Program-made: the position numbers and the translations under genes
In this document: positions 59,071 through 64,000 of the stretch, one piece after another
Numbering within the stretch: the stretch's first letter is position 1
How the letters are laid out: every line of letters begins with the position of its first letter
Notes under the pieces: generated by a model
Database searches by the model: none
What the model saw: the letters and a program-made list of their open reading frames with translations, nothing else
Told to the model about the DNA's origin: nothing
Assembly (NCBI GenBank): GCA_950097015.1
Contig: CATNEN010000001.1
Coordinates: 3,162,001 to 3,226,000, forward strand
Length of the DNA: 64,000 bases
From: Macrostomum hystrix
Taxonomy: Eukaryota > Animalia > Platyhelminthes
Direction of reading: 5' to 3'

Positions 59071-60494
59071 CCGGCGCCCCACCCTGCGCCCCCCGCCGGT
59101 GTCCCACCGGGACCGATGAACATCGGAGCTAAATTAAAAAAGAAAGCGGCACAATGATCGATCAAGAGACAAGGTTTGAAAATATATAGGCTGCAGTTTT
59201 CAGGGATAGAAAGCAGTAGGAGAGGTCTCGCTAACAAGAAAGAAATATAAAAGCCCAATCTGTGCAATTGATTTTTTCAGCATATCAATTTATATTATTG
59301 CTACTCTATCAAAAAATCATGCTATCTTTTCGATGAGTAATGCTATCCCATGCGCTAGATCATTCTACCTCAATAAATCATGCTACAGCCTTAAAAAGCA
59401 TGCTACTAATTATTTCCTGGATAAATCATGCTACCCCTTTAATAAACTATGCTATTCCTCGAAGAATCATGCTACCACCTCGATAATTTATGCTACCACC
59501 TCGATAATTTATGCTACCACCTCGATCATTTATGCTACCACCTCGATCATTTATGCTACCACCTCGATAATTTATGCTACCACCTCGATAATTTATGCTA
59601 ACACCTCGATCATTTATGCTACCACCTCGATCATTTATGCTACCACCTCGATCATTTATGCTACCACCTCGATAATTTATGCTAACACCTCGATCATTTA
59701 TGCTACCACCTCGATAATTTATGCTACCACCTCGATAATTTATGCTACAGCCTTAAAAGCATGCTACTTATTTCCTGGATAAATCATGCCACCCATTCTA
59801 TAATTCATGCTACTCATTTAATAAATCATGCTATTCCTCGATAATTTATGCTACCACCTCGATAATTTATGCTACAGCCTTAAAAGCATGCTACTTATTT
59901 CCTGGATAAATCATGCCACCCATTCTATAATTCATGCTACTCATTTAATAAATCATGCTATTCCTCGATAATTTATGCTACCACCTCGATAATTTATGCT
60001 ACCACCTCGATAAATCAAGTTTCCCAATCGATCATTCATGCTTCCCTCTCAGCAAATCATGCTTCCCTATTGATAATTATACAATGTTCTGAAGAGTATT
60101 GGCAAGTAAATCGAAAAATATAGATTTGATTGCACTATTTTAAAATTATAGCATGAGAATTTAGGGTTGCGCCGCAAGATATCAAGATAAAAAGTGCTAT
60201 GTAAAGAAGGGGGTAGCTTGATATCATGGAGGGTGTAGCTTGATTTATCGAGGGGTAGCTTGATATATCGAGGGGGTAGCTTGATATATCGAGGGTGTTG
60301 CATACATTAACGAAGGGACAGCATAAATTATCGGCGGGACAGCATAAATTATGTTACTCAACTCTGCAACTCAACCCCGTGATCTCAAACAATCCCCAAC
60401 AGTTCAATCCCAGATTCCAAAGAATGTCATCCCTGATCCGAAACAGTGTCATTTCTTACCCCAAACTTACATCCCTATAATCTGTAATAATGTC

Positions 60495-60752
60495 TGTGGC
60501 GCCGTCGGTCTATCGCGGCCAGGCGCATGGATAGCCTGAGCGTGGGCGGGCGCGGGGCCGCCAATGTCCTTTAACTCTTCGCTAACTTATTAATGTACAT
60601 GCCTAGGGCGTGGCACGTTGCCACCGCTCAATAATATCGCACGTTGTACTTGTGTTTCGCGTTCTATATAAGTGATGTGACTGATGCACAAATATAATTA
60701 TCTTGTTCGCTCTAAACTAACAAACATATGAGTCTCTCTAAACGACACGACA
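60495..60752. mobile_element. Solo LTR (258 bp)
   Basis: TGT...ACA termini; 5-bp TSD ATGTC (60490-60494, 60753-60757); empty site with a single ATGTC in copy A (46181-46185). Confidence 0.88.
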
Positions 60753-60799
60753 ATGTCATCCCTGATCCCAAACACTGTGATCCCCAATCCCCAACACTG

Positions 60800-61140
60800 T
60801 CCGTGAGGCCGGCATCCTCCGACAAGGTGGCTGCCTTGCGTTCCCTGAGACCTCAAGCATGGCAGGGGCGGCGGGGCCCGGGCTAGCGTGGCAAGTGATG
60901 TTTTCTGGCGATGCCAGAGCGCCCGCTCGAACAAGGTTGGCCGCGGCGGCTTCGACGGAATCGATCCCTGCATGAGGAAGCCCGTCAGAGAAAATCAGGA
61001 TCCTGTCCGTCGCGCCGCACCAGCGGACGTAGGTGCTGCGGTCCGTCAGTAGATCGCGGACCCAGCAGATGATGCAGACAGGCACGCCCTTGCGACGGAG
61101 CTTGGCGATCTGGGCGGCTCTCCAGGCGACGGTCATGCGC
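60800..61140 (-). mobile_element. Non-LTR retrotransposon RT remnant (part shared with 46230-46365)
   Basis: W...IAKLRRKGVP..IICWVRDLLTDRSTYVRW.....IFSDGLP resembles LINE RT domains 3-4. Confidence 0.6.
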
Positions 61141-61249
61141 CTATTATCTCTTTTATACGCCTAAGATTCTCTCAAGAGATTCCAACGCAGACAGCATTCA
61201 ACGGGGGCTGCATTACTCGTACAGTTCTCGGTGAGATGTATGTACCCGT

Positions 61250-62350
61250 ATAGAGTAGAGAAACTGTCTTGTGCCAGACGCTACCATCGTGGTTGTCAAG
61301 CAAGGATCCGAAATCATCGGAATGGATCTCATAGCGAAGCGGCAGTTCAATCAGGTCAGTCAAGATGGCGAGCCAGTTCGCAAGGTGGCCTCATATAGTG
61401 TATCTAGCCATGGCTGCGCGACAAATTTGGTCATCTCGGCAAAGGCCTCGGCAAATAAAATGATTCGTCCACAAGCCGAAGGTGAACCCTAAAGTTCCAC
61501 CATTTGCCTGCAGCCTTTGTGGAAGGTGCCAAATAATGAGTCTAAAGGAGCCCGCTAAGGCGGAGATCCAGAGGCTACTGTCAGAGGCCGTCATTAAGGA
61601 AGTGCACGCATCCGAGTGGGTATCGAATAGTGATGATACCAAAGCGAATAGAAAGCTGAGGATCTGGTAGCTGAGGATGGTACCAAAGCCGATTGAATGC
61701 GGAACAGCAGCGAGCCTTCGAGACAGTGAAGACGAGGATCGTGTTGCACCGCCGTGTTTAGACTTTGACGTAGTTCTTCAATGGCGAGCATCGGACAATC
61801 GTACTCTGTGACAGCTCCGCAACAGCTATCGGCGCAGTTCTCGCCCAGGAGGATGAACAGGGCCAGTACCGCCCAGTCGCTATCGCCTCAAGAACGCTGG
61901 ATGCCGCCGATTGCAAGTATTCGGCGTCTGAGCGAGAAGCCCTGGCCTGCATCTGCGTGTGAGCGGTGGAACTGCTTTCTCTTCGGCAGTGCCTCAGGCA
62001 CCGGACTCCGGCCGCTGCGACTCCACCGCTGTGCTGACAGACTACGACTTCGATGTCAAGTACATTGCTGGGAAGAGCAACGTCGTGCCGGACTTCTTGT
62101 CTCGATGTCACTCAGCGGAGCCCGCCAACGAGGAAGAAGAACAAGTTCATGGACGCTCTCTGGACGCTGCTCTGGGCCTACAAGGGTGTCTCCCCGGAGC
62201 AACTGCATGATGCTCGGGCGAAAGATGGCAACTCCGCTGTCCATCCAGCGGCTGCAGGCATCCGAGACCGCCCGCGTCGGAATCTAGAAACCCGGAACCG
62301 AGGCCGGATGCCACTGTCAAAGTTCGCCACGGGCGAGTCAAGCAAGTGCG
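61250..62350 (+). mobile_element. Second Ty3/Gypsy pol remnant (protease end, RT N-terminus, RNase H), internally deleted
   Basis: IIGMDLI; KAEIQRLL...VIKEV.ASEWVS..KAN.KLRI; VLCDSS..AIGAVLAQ..RPVAIASRTL..KYSASEREALAC; DYDFDVKYIAGKSNVVPDFLSR; many frameshifts. Confidence 0.85.
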
Positions 62351-64000
62351 TCGGACGTCCGAGCCGGACTAACTGATAGATTGCGCATTGACTGTTGGAC
62401 TTTGGCAGTGGCTAAAGATCCGGCACCGTACTCAATTGTTAAACGTCTCGAGTTCCGATTAAACACCAGACTGGCTGGGGGCTGTGGGCTCGGAAATATA
62501 ACTGTGCGCTTCCAAAGTAAAAAACAAATAATTAAGAAACACCACCGACAAAGCTCTAGCGCCCGCCAATGAGAGCAGTTTAAGTTATTGTGATCATAGC
62601 ACGGTCAGAAAAATTTATGATGACTGACCTACGACGATCTACGACGGGTAAATCGTTGACCCGTCTCGTGCAGGAAGGCGCAGAAAGGCGCGTACCATTG
62701 CTTGTTACCGCACTAGATCTTTCTATAATAAAACAGAACTTAAAACTCGTACCCAATGAAAGAAATGCCATGAAAGATTTGGTCTGGTGCTGCTGACCGA
62801 TTATCGAATCTTCAGTAAATAAAATTAACCATTGGTTGTTTTGAAGGCAGTTCCAAATAACGACACTGATGACTGTTTCTTATAAAAATGTTCCCGTTTT
62901 AAGCAGCAATTTTATCCGTTTTTAATTCTTCATCGATCGTTAGGCCCTATCCAAATATTTGAATAGAACAAGCAAGATAGTGGTTGTATCATCTACTAGG
63001 CATTAGACCTTTTATTACTATTAGGGTATTGCAAATATTTTACTGGAAGTTTATCACTCATGCACAACACGCAGCCAGGTAAAATGGAGTTATAGCAAAA
63101 TAATTGGCTAAAATCAACAGACCAAAGGCAAAAATTGCAGGAGAACAAATGGACAGAGATGGAAAGAAGAAATAAAACTTGAGTCAGATTTGATAAACTT
63201 TTAATCTCTTGAAGGAGGGCCAAACTACTATGATTTAGTTTTCTTTGTTTTGTAACTTTGTATATTTATCAGTTTAAATCTGACTTTAATTGTACAAAAT
63301 TTCTTTGGTTTAATTATCACATTCTTTTCTCAGTTTTTTCTCTTCTAGGCCTACTCAGTTTTTTTCTTTCTCATTTTGTCTACACTGATTTTATTCTCCT
63401 TCTTTTCCACTCTCATTGTTTTTGTTCTATTCCACCCTAGCTATTTTTTCATTTCTCTCTCTTGTACTCACTCTGTTTTCTTCTCTTTTCTTTCTCTGTT
63501 TTCTTCTTTGTCTCTTCTACTTTTTTCTTGTATTTTACTCTCTCTGCTTTTCTATTCTTCCTTTCCTCTTTGCTTTTCTTCTCTTTGATAGAAAATAAAG
63601 TTCCTGAAAATAAAAGAAAACTATGTTGTGAATGTGAGTAATAATATTAACCCAAAAAGTTTGAACTTAACTACCCAAAATAGGCCTATAGTTAACTGTT
63701 CTATAGTCCCTTTTAGTAGAATCCCTCTAAGGTGTCAATTTCCCCAAAGCTTGTCAATATGCTACTAGGCCTATGATTTTATATAAATGTGTTCAATCAG
63801 TTCAATCCGATCCATAGGCCTACATGCGCAACCTCTCAAATCTTAGCCAGCCATGCAACTTAGTTTTTGCTATATTTACGACTTAGTTTGCTCACATTTG
63901 TGACTTAGTTCTTTTCATTGCTCTATTTACAACTTAGTTTGCTCTCATTTGCTCTCTTTTTCTCTCCCCTTTTTCCTTTTCTTCACGCCTTCCTTTTTTG

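Larger units (their letters stand above)
51401..60932 (+). repeat. Segmental duplication copy B
   Basis: See copy A; offset 16080 bp at the left end. Confidence 0.95.

Overview
Eukaryotic (animal) genomic DNA with GC-rich exons in an AT-rich, extremely minisatellite-rich background; the style suggests a flatworm such as Macrostomum (inference only). The left half has three spliced + strand genes reconstructed exon by exon: the 3' part of SCFD1/Sly1, a complete 8-exon TTC7 and a 3-exon C10orf88/PAAT homologue. Most of their longer introns are largely filled by an intron-specific 19-30 bp tandem array. The right half has a frameshifted calsarcin/myozenin-like exon cut off by the breakpoint of a ~10-11 kb tandem segmental duplication (35.3-46.4 kb and 51.4-60.9 kb). 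Each copy carries a minus-strand gene for a secreted TSP1-repeat/FN3 protein. The copies differ by loss of one whole symmetric TSP1 exon, a Helitron (with a nested hAT MITE) present only in copy A, a solo LTR present only in copy B, and large minisatellite copy-number changes. Also present: a Gypsy remnant split by an RNase H-bearing LINE, a second Gypsy remnant, a foldback-like inverted pair of 21-bp arrays, and two tRNA-derived SINE families. One SINE family shares a covarying three-way-junction 3' tail with the LINE in this window, making a candidate SINE-LINE partnership. Coordinates were read by eye; repeat boundaries are approximate.
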